Below are positions 1-12,144 of a stretch of 64,000 bases of DNA, one piece after another. The DNA comes from Octopus vulgaris (Eukaryota): positions 9,176,001 to 9,240,000 of the forward strand of contig OX597831.1 of the NCBI GenBank assembly GCA_951406725.2. Direction: 5' to 3'. Position numbers and translations under genes: made by a program. Each line of letters opens with the position of its first letter. The first letter of the stretch is position 1. The notes under the pieces were generated by a model. It had not been told where the DNA came from and searched no databases. It worked only from the letters and a program-made list of their open reading frames with translations.

Positions 1-200
1 GTAGAGTCGTTAGCACGTCAGACGCAATGTGTTGCGGTATTTCTTTCGGCGTTTCACTTTCTGAGTCAAAATTCTGTCGAGGCTGACATGAACTTTCGTG
101 CTTTCGAGAGAGGTAGAATAGATACGCGTTCAATACAGGGGACGAGTTAATCAACTTAGACCCTCTCCACAGAAACTGTTGGCCTTCAGCCAATATTAGT
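1..200 (+). mobile_element. Diverged SINE family A copy, truncated by window edge
   Basis: gtagagtcgttagcacg...ctgagtcaaaattctgtcgagg aligns by eye to intact copies at 1102 and 62649. Confidence 0.7.
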
Positions 201-327
201 AACAAATATTAAAAGACATCATTGAATTAAGTGTAATCTAATAAAGCCAGGAAACTATATTAAAGAGCGGTTTATTAAGAATGCAAGAAAATCTAATTAC
301 TTTAGTTTATTTGAGAAAATGTAATTA

Positions 328-329
<2 letters not shown>

Positions 330-383
<54 letters not shown>

Positions 384-400
384 ATTACTAATAATAATAA
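330..400. repeat. (AAT)n microsatellite
   Basis: Direct reading. Confidence 0.95.
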
Positions 401-720
401 CAACGCAATAAATAAAAGTAACCTGATCTTTTAATGGGTTACGGTATGTATATGCACGTGTGTGTAAGTGTGTGTGTGTGTATGATGTGATGTATGCTCG
501 TATGTATGTACGTATATATGTGTGTATATGTGTGTGAATGTATAGATATATATGAGTGTGCCGATGTATACATATGTATATATATGATTGTATATATGTA
601 TGTACGTGTATATATATATATATACTCATAAATATATATTCCCACACACAAGCACACACATATGTGTATGTATTTGTATGTAATGTATGTACGTGTATGT
701 AATGTATGTATGTGTATATA

Positions 721-723
721 CAC

Positions 724-793
<70 letters not shown>
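721..793. repeat. (CA)n microsatellite within TA/TG-rich low complexity (445-815)
   Basis: Direct reading. Confidence 0.95.
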
Positions 794-806
<13 letters not shown>

Positions 807-1101
807 AATAAATATATCACATTTAATAGCTGGATTACCCTTCACTAACATTTCAGAAGAATAATCTTGCAATAAAGTTCGTATATTATTAGCAGAACCC
901 GTGCACATTCCTCGTATATATTCTATAATATTCTATTTCTGTTTGAATGTATGAATTTATAGACATCCTCATAAGTGTGGCATTCTATACTATTAAATAT
1001 TTCGTTTATATCTTCGATTTCCATCCATACTTATGGCAGATTAATGCCGACAACAGGGACTTGATTACGTCTTCGACCTGTGTGGCTAAGAAGCTTTCAC
1101 T

Positions 1102-1332
1102 AAGGCGGCGAGCTGGCAGAAACGTTAGCACGCCGGGCGAAATGCTTAGCGGTATTTCGTCTGCCGCTACGTTCTGAGTTCAAATTCCGCCGAGGTCGAC
1201 TTTGCCTTTCATCCTTTCGGGGTCGATAAATTAAGTACCAGTTACGCACTGGGGTCGATGTAATCTACTTAATCCCTTTGTCTGTCCTTGTTAGTCCCCT
1301 CTATTTTTAGCCCCTTGTGGGCAATAAAGAAA
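1102..1332 (+). mobile_element. Full-length tRNA-derived SINE family A, inserted in the head of a family B copy
   Basis: A/B-box-like head (ggcgagctggcagaa...gagttcaaattcc), body gcctttcatcctttcggggtcgataaattaagtaccag; 14-bp TSD taagaagctttcac at 1087-1100 and 1333-1346. Confidence 0.92.
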
Positions 1333-1574
1333 TAAGAAGCTTTCACAATTCGTGGCTTCAGGTTCAGTTCCACTGCGTGCTACCATAGCAAGAGCCTTCT
1401 TCGCTAAATCTCTTTGCTGATCAATACTTGATGGGTGAATTTCGTTGCCGGTAACTGTGACGCCTGTCGTATATATATATTGGAGTTTGGCTATTCCTTC
1501 TAGCGTGCTAGGTATCCTATGATTGATACCTCTTATGTATTTAAATGTACAATGTATTGATATATATATATATA

Positions 1575-1800
1575 TAGTTAATCAAAACATGAAAACAAAA
1601 AGAGAAAACAAGCAACGCGAGGACGTGGAACAAGTATAGTATTATTGGACGGTCAGGAAAGAAGGAAAAAAGGAAAGAAGGAAGGTTTAACGTTTCGAGG
1701 GGAGCTCTTCTTCAGAAACATAAGAAATGGAAAGATCCAAAGAAGGGAAGACGGAGGAAAAAAATCGCCAACGGTACACACGCGGTCATATTTTGATTTG
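1575..1800 (-). mobile_element. Putative inverted pseudo-LTR of the Penelope-like element
   Basis: Lies just upstream of the PLE ORF and carries a hammerhead-like motif on the minus strand, as known for Penelope pLTRs. Confidence 0.6.
1685..1719 (-). ncRNA. Minimal hammerhead-ribozyme-like motif
   Basis: Minus strand: GTTT-CTGAAGA-A-GAG ctccc CTC-GAA-ACGT-T-AAAC; stem I GTTT/AAAC, palindromic stem III ACGT. Confidence 0.6.
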
Positions 1801-1840
<40 letters not shown>

Positions 1841-1845
<5 letters not shown>

Positions 1846-3738
1846 AAATCCACTACCAGTAAAAGGGAATGGGAAATCATCAACGAGTTACAAAACAATC
1901 ATGACATCACAATCAAAGAAGTAGATAAATGTAGTAGAGTTGTAATTATGGACACAGAACAATACACAAACTCTGTATCTCACCTCTTACAAGATACTAC
2001 CTAATATAAAAGAGTAGTCAACTACCAACACTCAAAAGTGATGTCCAAATTAAGCGCACTCATTTGCCAACATCAAAAGAACCTAACGACAAAGGAATGC
2101 AACTGCTTAACAAATTTTGATTGCCAAACCAGCAACCCCTACGGGCTTCCGAAAATCCACAAGAACAAAAACATTACCAAAGCTTATAAAAAATCCACCG
2201 CAACCTGCATCACTGTACCACACCCCACTGATCTGAAACTGAGACCAATTCTGGCAGGTCCTATCTGTGAAACACAAAGATTAAGCAACTTCATTAAGCA
2301 AAGACTACTCTTAAAACCAATACTTAAACACATATCAAGTATTGTAAGAGATGACCTGGACCTCCTAAACCACCTCCCCAAACATGCCCAAGACATTTTC
2401 ATCGTCTCATTTGATGTGACAAACCTTTATACTACGATTCCACATCAATACGGATTGGAGGCCATTAAATTCTCGCTATAAAATTACCTCAGTGAGGTCC
2501 CGGAAAGAATAAAAAGAGAATTTATCATCGAGGGCCTTAAGTTTATCTTCCAAAATAACTTTTTAATTTTAATTATAATAATACCTACAAACAGGTATCT
2601 GGGACTGCGATGAGTACTAAAGTTGCCCCAACTTATGCCAATCTGATGATGACCTGGCAATACAAATATATGAACAACCCAAATTAAAATACGGCCTGTC
2701 TTTCCACAAACATCTGTTGGAGAATTAGAAACACTACTTCGATGACTGCCTCATTCTATAGTCTCACGAATTCGACCAACTCAATGAATCCAAAAATTAA
2801 ATCAACAGCATCAACTGCGATACCCACTTTACAGTGGAATACAGACAAGACCAACTCCTATTTCTTGATATTCTTATTATAAAAAAAGGCACTAACACTG
2901 AAACTGATTTCCACTACAAACCGACTGATTTCAAACAATACCCCCTGTTCAACTCAAACATCCTCTTCGATTAGGCGAGAAGCATGTGTACAATTGTCTT
3001 AAATTATGAAACGCGAAGTAAAAGACTCCAAGAACTAAAGGAAATTCTTCTTGAAAGACGATACCCAGCTTCATTAGTCAGTAATGGAATAGAACAGGTC
3101 AAGACAATCGCTATACATGACTTACGAAAACCGAAACACAAGTTATATTAAATAGTCTCTCATATCTCTCAACACACAATCCACGAAATACAGAAGCTTG
3201 CACGATTATATACAAGAACATCCCACTACCGAATCAAGACCCACGTTTAAAAAGCACTCGAAACCCATAAAATAATAAAAAGCAAAAGACAACCCAAATC
3301 CCTAAAAATCTTACCAATGCAAAATTACTCCACACAACCCAACACTCACCGTCAAAACATGTTGTCGCTCTAATTCCGGGACCTGCGTTCATCTCATTGA
3401 AGGAACAATATACAAATTCCAATCAGGACACACTTTTGTCGTAAAAAATTTCACCTGCGCATCAAAAATGTACTTTATGGTGTGAAGGGTGCCACAAAGA
3501 CTACATAGAGCAAACTAGTCTTACCCTCAGAGATAGGATGACAGTTCCCCGGCAACAATTGAGGGATACCACCAGAAGACACTTAATGGTCAGTTAGATC
3601 TTTGTGCACAAAATAAGCCCCCCGTCACCCAAATTCCTAGTTTTCCCACTGTACCAGTGCCCAGATGGCACCACTGACCAAACGGATAAGGAAAATATCC
3701 TTATTCAAAAATACAGACCACAACTCAACATACTCTAA
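1841..3738 (+). pseudogene. Decayed Penelope-like retroelement ORF: reverse transcriptase + GIY-YIG endonuclease
   Basis: Motifs across frames: IKEVDK..VVIMD, YGLPKIHK, LRPIL, SFDVTNLYTTIP, YKQVSGTAMSTKVAPTYANL, HYFDDC, FLDILI, YKPTD, then NFTCASK/VLY..CEGCHKDYIEQT...LRDRM; multiple stops and frameshifts. Confidence 0.92.
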
Positions 3739-3787
3739 CATCTCAAAAAATATACTTTGACTGCCGACACATAAACACAATACCCCT

Positions 3788-4068
3788 AGCCAGAAGATTT
3801 TGCTAGTTTCTGACTTTGTCACTCTCAGTGGTTTGTGCTCATGCCCCGTCTTGCCTCTCTCTATCCCCCACTTTCCGCACAGTTTCCAATGTAGCACTTT
3901 CGCTACATATGCGGCTTTTGTTCCTGATATGGGCAATGGTTTCATCCACTCAATTGCAGATACGGCACAGTGGAGACATTTGCTCATTGATATAGTTGAC
4001 TCTGCAGTTCGTGATCAAATCTTAGTCTTACGCTGCCAGTATAGTGCTCTCGGTTGCTTTTTAAAGTT
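3788..4068 (-). mobile_element. RLE-type (R4/Dong-like) LINE fragment, CCHC zinc-knuckle region
   Basis: Minus-strand translation KATESTILAA*D*DLITN..MSPLCRICN*VDETIAHI, then VAKVLHWKLCGKWG...HEHKPLRV...KIFW. Confidence 0.8.
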
Positions 4069-4110
4069 TTATTATTATTATTATTCAGTTGTTTTATTTT
4101 TATAGCGTGC

Positions 4111-4112
<2 letters not shown>

Positions 4113-4182
<70 letters not shown>
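4113..4182. repeat. (ATT)n microsatellite
   Basis: Direct reading. Confidence 0.95.
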
Positions 4183-4711
4183 GAGTCAGAGGGCAGCGCA
4201 CGACACTAAAGCCCAGTATACCCATCTTGACTTTCCATCTGATAAGGGTACACTAGGCACATGCATCACAACCATATGTGCGCGACATGGTGATCTCATA
4301 TCAAGATAAACAGCACATGACCTTGCAGGTGGGGCCCAGTTAGAATTTTCTGCAGGTCGAGTACCCCATCCTGCTCGAAAGGTCCCTAAATTACAGCTGT
4401 TTAAGGATGTTGAACGAAACACTCATGTTTCCAAGGGTGAATTATTCAAACCCAAAAGAATTCCCCTCGACACATGGCTATGATGTTCCCCCACTACTTC
4501 TGCTTGTGATCAGAGATGCACATATCGTCAACCAATAGGGGACATGGTCAACTGGTTAAGGTCAAACAACTGACAAGTAAATCTGTGGTATTGAGCAGAA
4601 TATTTGCTGTAGCCCATCTTTTATACCAAGACAAAACAATGTACATGATAACACTTCCAATCAGTTAAGATGAGAAGCCATGAGAGCCACTGCCTGGTAC
4701 TGCATCAGGGC

Positions 4712-4712
<1 letters not shown>
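4183..4712. mobile_element. Interspersed repeat family C (about 550 bp), flanked by (ATT)n on both sides
   Basis: Highly similar to 25468-26021 and 45454-46008. Confidence 0.9.
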
Positions 4713-4781
<69 letters not shown>

Positions 4782-5229
4782 GTTATTATTATTATTATTA
4801 TTAATTTAATAATACACGAGCAGTGTATTAATCGACATTCAGAGAAGTACAATTAGTAAAGGATTCTCTTTAACTCAACCTAATGGACAACATACTTAAT
4901 TCGAATTGTCTAATGGCTTTGATTCTAATTACGGCTTACTCATTTTAGTCACATTTACAACATTACGATGTTAATGTGTCTACAGGGGGAGGTGTATTGA
5001 ATATGTGTGTATCTGTGTGTGTGTATGTATGTATGTATGTATGTATGTATGTATTTATGTATGTATGTATGTATTTATGTATGTATGTATGTATGTATGT
5101 ACGTATGTATGTATGCATGACTTTACATATTTCTAGACATATTTACACAACTGCTGACACAGACAGAATTTGTAGTTTAGTAATATATTAATGCTGAGAT
5201 TGTGATTTTACATAACTGTGCGCGCGCGT

Positions 5230-5270
<41 letters not shown>

Positions 5271-5381
5271 TATATACAAGAAGGAGAAAGTCAGAGGTCG
5301 GTAGAGCAAAAGGAAGAGAGAGGGAAATAGCGTGAGAGGGAGATGTGGAGATGTGTGAGTGTGCGTATAAATAAATATATA

Positions 5382-5453
<72 letters not shown>

Positions 5454-6021
5454 TGTATACATCCATGCACATATACATACGTACATATATATGTGTGTTT
5501 GTGTGCCTGTGTGCGCATGCGTATATCATAGTAGTCGAAAAAAATCTTGGCACGAAGCTGGTTGATTGAGCTAGTCATGCTTTTGATAGTATAGTGGAGG
5601 GGAGAGAGTGAAAAGAAGATACAGCGAGGGCTTACATAAAATATACAGGAAGTGAGAAGATACTAAGCTTGGTGGCAGGCAATGAATAAATTACCGATGT
5701 ACATACGCACATAGTGGGATGGAAATGGCTATAGAAAGAGAGTGTAGGAAGAAATGAGGAATTAAATGACAGACTAGCTGTGACATATATTTGTTTTATT
5801 AAAATTTATGTTAGGTAATAAATATGTTTCTTTTGATAATTTTTATTCATTTCGTAAATTTGTAATAATAGCAGCACCAAGATAATTAATAAAAGCTCAA
5901 TTATAATTAATTTATGAATGGTGACCAAAGCATACTTCCAGAGTTCACCGTCATATGACCAGGAGCACTCTAGCACGCACACACAGACACACGCATGTAC
6001 GCACTCACAGACACGCACGCA

Positions 6022-6122
6022 CACATACATACATACATACATACATACATACATACATACATACATACATACATACATACATACATACATACATACATAC
6101 ATACATACATACATACATACAT
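6022..6122. repeat. (CATA)n microsatellite
   Basis: Direct reading. Confidence 0.95.
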
Positions 6123-6439
6123 GAATGCAGCTAGTTTTTGTTTTGTTTTTGTACTTAGTAGATGTAAAACTGAAGAAAGACTGTTTCCGAAACGTTGGCA
6201 AGTACACGGTTTTGAGTAGGAGAAGGATTCAGTTATTTGATCAGTGGAGACATTTGCTCATTGATATAGTTGACTAAGATCAAAGTGTAGGATCATTCTA
6301 ATTCTTTCACACTCAATGATTCCTCGGTAGTCACGCTTTATTAACACAATTCCCGGGAGGGACTTCATTACATACAGCATGTCAAACCCGCTGGGTCCTT
6401 GTTGTAGGGATCCACTCAGTCCACGGCCTTTCGTACTAT

Positions 6440-6585
6440 TTACGTATACTAAATCCACTCACAAGGCTCAGGTCGACTTGAAGCTATAGTAGGAGACACT
6501 AGTCCGAGGTGCCACGTAGTGGGACTGAACTCGAAAGCATGTGGTTGAGAAGCAAGCTTCTTACCACACAGCCCCGACTGCACCT
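6440..6585 (-). mobile_element. SINE family B, 5' half
   Basis: Reverse complement of ggctgtgtggtaagaagcttgc...ttcagtcccact...ggcacc. Confidence 0.85.
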
Positions 6586-7184
6586 ATATATTCCGATTAA
6601 TCTTTCCAACTCTAAACGTTCTATGCAACAAGCGATACAAAATGTCACAAGAGTTTTCTTAAATAATTGTTAATTTTTCTTTTGTTCTAAAAACTAAGAA
6701 GTCGGAAAAGTTTAAACTTGGAAGTACGAAAAACTTTTGCTGAGACATGATTCCGTTTTTGGATTAGTTATATAAAATTATATAATATTTTTACAGAAAA
6801 AATTTTTTTTATTTGTTCTCAAAATTCTGATTTGTGGGGAAAAAAATGTTCGACTGTGACTAAGGAGTTTGGTTGATTATTAAATTGAGACTGGATATGT
6901 GTTTCGTGAACTAACGTGATCTTATTAACAGCCAGCATGCAACCCTTCCATTTACAATAGCGTGCGCCGATATTATACATATCATAACGTATTTTTTCCT
7001 TTTACTTAATTAAAGCACACCATTCGCTGAACATTAACAGGCAGGTCTTTTTATATACATAAAACATTTAATATATCTTACATGTTTGGATGCTCCAGAA
7101 TCGTGCGTTTGGCATGCGATATGCTCAAATATTGACTGTTATTGTCATTGATGATAATAATATACTGATGTTTACTGATATATA

Positions 7185-7650
7185 AGGCAACGAGCTGGTA
7201 GAGTCGTTAGCAGGCCGAGCAAAAGGCATAGCGGTATTTCGTCCGTGTGCACGTTCTGAGTTCAAATTCCGCTGAGGTCGACTTTGACTTTCATCCTTTC
7301 GGGGGCGACAAAATAAATACGAGTTGAATACTGTGCTCAACGTAACCTATTTCTTTATTACCCACAAGGGGCTAAACATAGAGGGGACAAACAAGGACAG
7401 ACATAGGTATTAAGTCAATTACATCGATCCCAGTGCATAACTGGTACTTAATTTATCGACCCCGAAGGGATGAAAGGCAAAGTCGACCTCGGCGGAATTT
7501 GAACTTAGAACGTAAAGACAGACGAAATACCGCTAAGCATTTCGCCTGGCATGCTAACATTTCTGCCAGCTCACCACCTTTTACTGTGCTCAATGTAACC
7601 GACTTACAATCTCCTCCAAAAGTGCTGGCCTTGTTTCAAAATTTGAAACC
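7185..7650 (+). mobile_element. Older family A-like SINE interrupted by a younger inverted copy
   Basis: Head at 7185-7347, tail resumes at 7601. Confidence 0.8.
7348..7580 (-). mobile_element. Full-length SINE family A
   Basis: Reverse complement of the 1102 copy; 19-bp TSD tactgtgctcaa(c/t)gtaacc at 7329-7347 and 7582-7600. Confidence 0.92.
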
Positions 7651-8133
7651 GACACTTACCGATACCTGCACATACACCCATCACCTATTTTCCTGTCTTT
7701 GATCACATTGATTACTTAGCCGTATGTAAATTTTATTGAAAATCTGTAGCGAGAAATTCAATCTGATAATTGTTTTATGGAAATACTCTGTACGTTTGCA
7801 TATATCAATTAATCTAAGGTTTGCTATCTGAAACCCAAACATATCGTTAGCGCAAATTTTCGTCGGAAGTATGTCGTATATGTTCAAAAAAAGAGAAAAG
7901 AATCTAAGGATCGCATCACCTTTAAACGGAGTCTGGACAGATTTCTTCAAGGAATACCGGATAAGCCACCCATACCTGGATACAACTCACTCAACAAGAA
8001 CTCATTACTTAATTGGACCATAAACAAAACTTGACTTTAAAAAGATTTAGATAATTCTATCATGTAGTGCTATTAAGTTAGACATGGTCTGGACCAATCT
8101 TTGGTCGAAACATGTCTAAGTTTTATCTAAGAT

Positions 8134-8172
<39 letters not shown>

Positions 8173-8199
8173 ATGTGAGCTTGTGTGTGTGTGTGTGTA

Positions 8200-8545
8200 G
8201 GTGCAGGCATGGCTGTGTGGTAAGAAACTTGCTTCCCAACCACATGGCTCTGCGTTCAGTCCCACTGCATGACACCTTGGGCAAGTGTCTTCTACTTTAA
8301 CCTTGTGAGTGGTTTTGGTAGACGGAAACTGAAATAAGCCCGTCGTATACATATGTGTGTGTGAGCGTGTGATTGTTTGTGTGTGTGTTTGAGTTTGTGT
8401 TTGCCCTACCCCCTTACTACCGCTTGACAACTGGCGCTGATGTGTTTGAGTTTCGGCAAAATAGCCCGATATAATATGCATCAGGCTAAAAAGGCGTTGC
8501 CCCAGCATGGTCTCACTTTAATGACTGGTACAAGTAAGGGATAAA

Positions 8546-8548
<3 letters not shown>
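8200..8548 (+). mobile_element. SINE family B (tRNA-like head, CORE-like accttgggcaagt, internal TG tract)
   Basis: Similar to the 39133-39535 copy. Confidence 0.88.
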
Positions 8549-8618
<70 letters not shown>

Positions 8619-8620
<2 letters not shown>

Positions 8621-8781
8621 TATAAGAGGGAATTTTTTATCCACTATGTGGAAACCCTTACGCTAGAAGAAGATCCGCTATGGTCGTAGCCACTAAGAAT
8701 TGTTCTTCAGAAAAATTTAGTACACCAGAAACATAAGCGGATCTTCTTCTAGCGTAAGAATAAAAAGTTCCCTCTTATATT
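8619..8781. repeat. Fold-back inverted repeat
   Basis: Perfect 23-bp arms 8657-8679/8736-8758 plus 22-bp outer arms 8619-8640/8760-8781. Confidence 0.85.
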
Positions 8782-8887
8782 TATATATGAATTACTATTT
8801 ACTGAATCTCAGTTTTTATACGCTAGACCAGTGGTGTTAAAATTGATGTTATCAAATTGATATCCAATTTTACACCTTCAATTTGAC

Positions 8888-8922
<35 letters not shown>

Positions 8923-10111
8923 ATGTATATATATATATGTATATATATATATATCAGTGTATGTTTGTGTTCTCAGATTGCACTACACTACACACACAAA
9001 CTCACAGAGTAGCACTTATGACTACATCCATTGTGCAACAAACCCACGTATGTACACATATCTATACACGGGCACATTTGTACAGATCTATATCGGTTTG
9101 TCAGTCAGAGAGTACGCGCGCATGCGTACTGGCTGAAATAGAAACCTCTCTCTCTATATATAAAATAAATAAATTACGAATTGAAAGCGGTTCTCGTAAA
9201 CTATATCGGTCGCACATACATAGTGTATGTGTTTTGTTTATACACCAGTTTGCTGCGGAGTAGTGCCTAGAGAAACCTGCCCTACACAACGTCGACTGTT
9301 ACAGAACGCCTGAATGCCACAGACCAGTAAAGACTGCTTGCCTCAGAATCACCAGGAATGGTAGATATCGATACTATGCCGTTGTTATTGATCTCAAAAT
9401 AAAACCTTCCCCAGCACGCTATCATGCTGCAAATTCTGGCGTATAAACAAAACATAATATATATGTACGACCGATAATATAATAAATGAAAATATCCATT
9501 TACCCACTTTATGAAACACTGGTTTATCAAAGGAAGACTATAAGAGTCTTATCGTATTTTTGTCGAAAGAATATCATCTCAATTTCTGTAAATGAAGATT
9601 GTTTGACCAATGAATTTAACGGAGATAAATGTGTCGTACTGGAAATCCATTTCACGAATTACATTAAAACCTCAACAGCTTAAATGATGATTTGTTAAAT
9701 TTTGCTTTTAAGTGTCCTTAAACTCAGCGGAAATATTACGAATGAAAATTATTGAAGTATGCAGTTTAATTAATGAAACACGTGTCATAACAAAAGAAAA
9801 AGCAAAAAAAGAAGAAAAAAGGAAAGGCTAAAAATTACAGATACAATATTTCCAATAATGAAACCAAGAAAAGTAATTAAAATCTGGAAGTGAGTCAAGT
9901 CAAAAGTGGCTGGAAACCAATGAATGCATTGTTGCACATGCGTTGAGTGGTTGTTTTGATATGTTTAGGAAAATCTATTTCTCAGCAAATTTTAGAATCT
10001 ACCATTTCTATGAGAATGGAATCTTCAAGTAGGCACATTCTTTATAAAGTTGAAGATATTTAGTAAATACTGATCTAATCCACCCCCACACACCTTGTAG
10101 TGGATACATAC

Positions 10112-10143
<32 letters not shown>

Positions 10144-10310
10144 CGTATATATATATTTATATATCTGTATATATATATATATATACAACCGATGCTGGTA
10201 TATATATCCCGTCACTTATATATTATATCTATAATTTATATATATATATCGAGTTGCTCGACAAAAGGCACACATGGCCGCAGTCATAATGATGAAATAT
10301 ATATAAAGAA

Positions 10311-10367
<57 letters not shown>

Positions 10368-10486
10368 CTATAATTTATATATATATATATTACACACACA
10401 CACATATATATTATATATATATATATATATATTTTTATAAAAATATTATATTATATATGTATATATTATATATATATTATATATAT

Positions 10487-11239
10487 AAATTTATATAACT
10501 AAGGATGAGATCGTTAATTTAAAAGTAAAATAACAATTTTATCAAGTGTGTACATGGAAAAAATAGTCTTCAAAGGTAATAATTATTAAAATTATAAATT
10601 AGGGTATCTTCGAGATGCCAACATGCTGAAAATAGCAGCCATGATCTGACTCTAAAGCCACCTTAATTGTCCATATATCAACACGGAGAGAAAGCAAAGA
10701 GACAAGATGAAACTAGTAAAAAATTACTGGATAATTCTAGATCCCGGATTTCTGACTTAGCATTTAGGAATGCTTTGCCTCGTCAGTAGAATACACACAG
10801 AAGAGAAACATAAATACATATATATATATAAATACAACATACAAATACTTACATATACGAACGTATACCTACATATATTTGCACGTATGCATCATGGCCA
10901 GCTCAAAATGCCCACCGCTTAATTCCATGTGAGATACGGTCAAAATATCACCGCGTTAAATACAGTGACGAAATAAATTTAAATTTATATAAATAAGGAT
11001 AAGATCCTTCATCTAAAAATAAAATAACAATTTTATCAAGTGGTTAGCATGGAAAAAATAACCGTCAAAGGTAATAATTATTAAAATTATAAATTAGGGT
11101 ATCTACGAGATACCAACATGCTGAATATAGCAATTTTAATAATTATTACCTTTGAAGGTTATTTTTTCCATGCTGACCACTTGATAAAATCGTTATTTTA
11201 TTTTTAAATTAACGATCTTTTCCTCATTTATATAAATTT
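10487..11239. repeat. Composite direct repeat (10487-10637 / 10981-11132) plus palindrome (arms 10981-11088 / 11132-11239)
   Basis: aaataacaattttatcaagtg...caaaggtaataattattaaaatt occurs twice forward and once reversed. Confidence 0.88.
10734..10792 (-). ncRNA. Type I hammerhead-ribozyme-like motif
   Basis: Minus strand: ATTCTA-CTGACGA-GGC aaagcattcctaaatgctaa GTC-A-GAA-ATCC g GGAT-C-TAGAAT; perfect 6-bp stem I, AUC triplet. Confidence 0.75.
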
Positions 11240-11305
11240 CTACAGCTGGATGCTCTTCCAAACACTAACCACTCCGAGAGTGTAGTGGGTGAATTTACGT
11301 GCCAC
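11240..11305 (-). mobile_element. Family D repeat fragment
   Basis: ctacagctggatgctcttcc...accactccgagagtgtagtgggtg matches the 14470 and 40578 copies. Confidence 0.8.
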
Positions 11306-11780
11306 AGTCCTACCATACGCACAACATCGTTGTACGCTGATGAAGATCTTGTTTCACGCGCGATGTCGCTTGTTTACCGGGACTAAACCATTCCTTACGC
11401 TGCATCATATTGATGTACAGGCACCATTTTTCGTCACCAGTAACGATTCGGCAAAGAAGCCGTTGCTTGTGTCCATGAGTTGAGCGGTGACGAGCAAGCA
11501 AACCAGCGGAGATTGTGGCTGTGTTGATTTTTGTTGTCACTTAAAGCATACGGAATCCTTGTTCTATACTTCTGAACCTTTCCCATCGAGTGAAGATGCT
11601 TCTCTATAGCGGTGTGGGAGCATTCCATTTTCTCTGCCAGTTCCTGTGTCGTCTGACGAGAATTTTCGTGCAAAAGTTGGTTTAATCGGTCTTCATCGAA
11701 CTCAACGAGGTGCGTCTTTTAAAAACGCAATAAATTCCAAAATTTTAAAATACAGTGGAAAGTTAGTTGCCAAACCAATA
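11306..11780 (-). mobile_element. Mariner transposon remnant (5' TIR, internal deletion, HTH and first catalytic Asp)
   Basis: ENSRQTTQELAEKMECSHTAIEKHLHSMG, RIVTGDEKWCLY, TMLCVW; TIR-like TA-TTGGTTTGGCAACTAA at the right end. Confidence 0.9.
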
Positions 11781-12098
11781 TATATATATTGATAGAAACT
11801 GTAAGACAACAAAAGAATGAAAGAGACCTCGATATTATGTAAATAGAGGAATTTAGCTGTAAATATAATATGTGACAAATATCTGGTAGCCATGATAAAA
11901 CTCCGAGTTCTGGATGTCGGGGCGGAAACCCACGCCGACATCTCTTTATTTATCGGGCCATCGAAAAAAATGTTATGAGAATGACCGCTAAAACAAAGGG
12001 AAATTATTGTGTCATTGACCGTTATTAAGACAAAAGGGCTATATGAATGACTGCTAAGTAAGGAGAGATAGAGTAAAGGTAAGGGATATAATAAATAT

Positions 12099-12144
12099 CC
12101 GATGAAGGGATATAATAAATATCCTGGAAACAGCTGTAAGACCT
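12099..12144 (+). ncRNA. Hammerhead-like core with disrupted stem I
   Basis: CCGATGA-ag-GGATAT aataa ATATCC-tg-GAA-ACAGCTGT-A-AGACCT; palindromic stem III, GUA triplet. Confidence 0.6.

Noticed and set aside
1102-1190. tRNA gene calls at SINE heads (also 31214, 39133, 59392)
   Set aside because: No complete cloverleaf; they continue into repeated SINE bodies, several with TSDs
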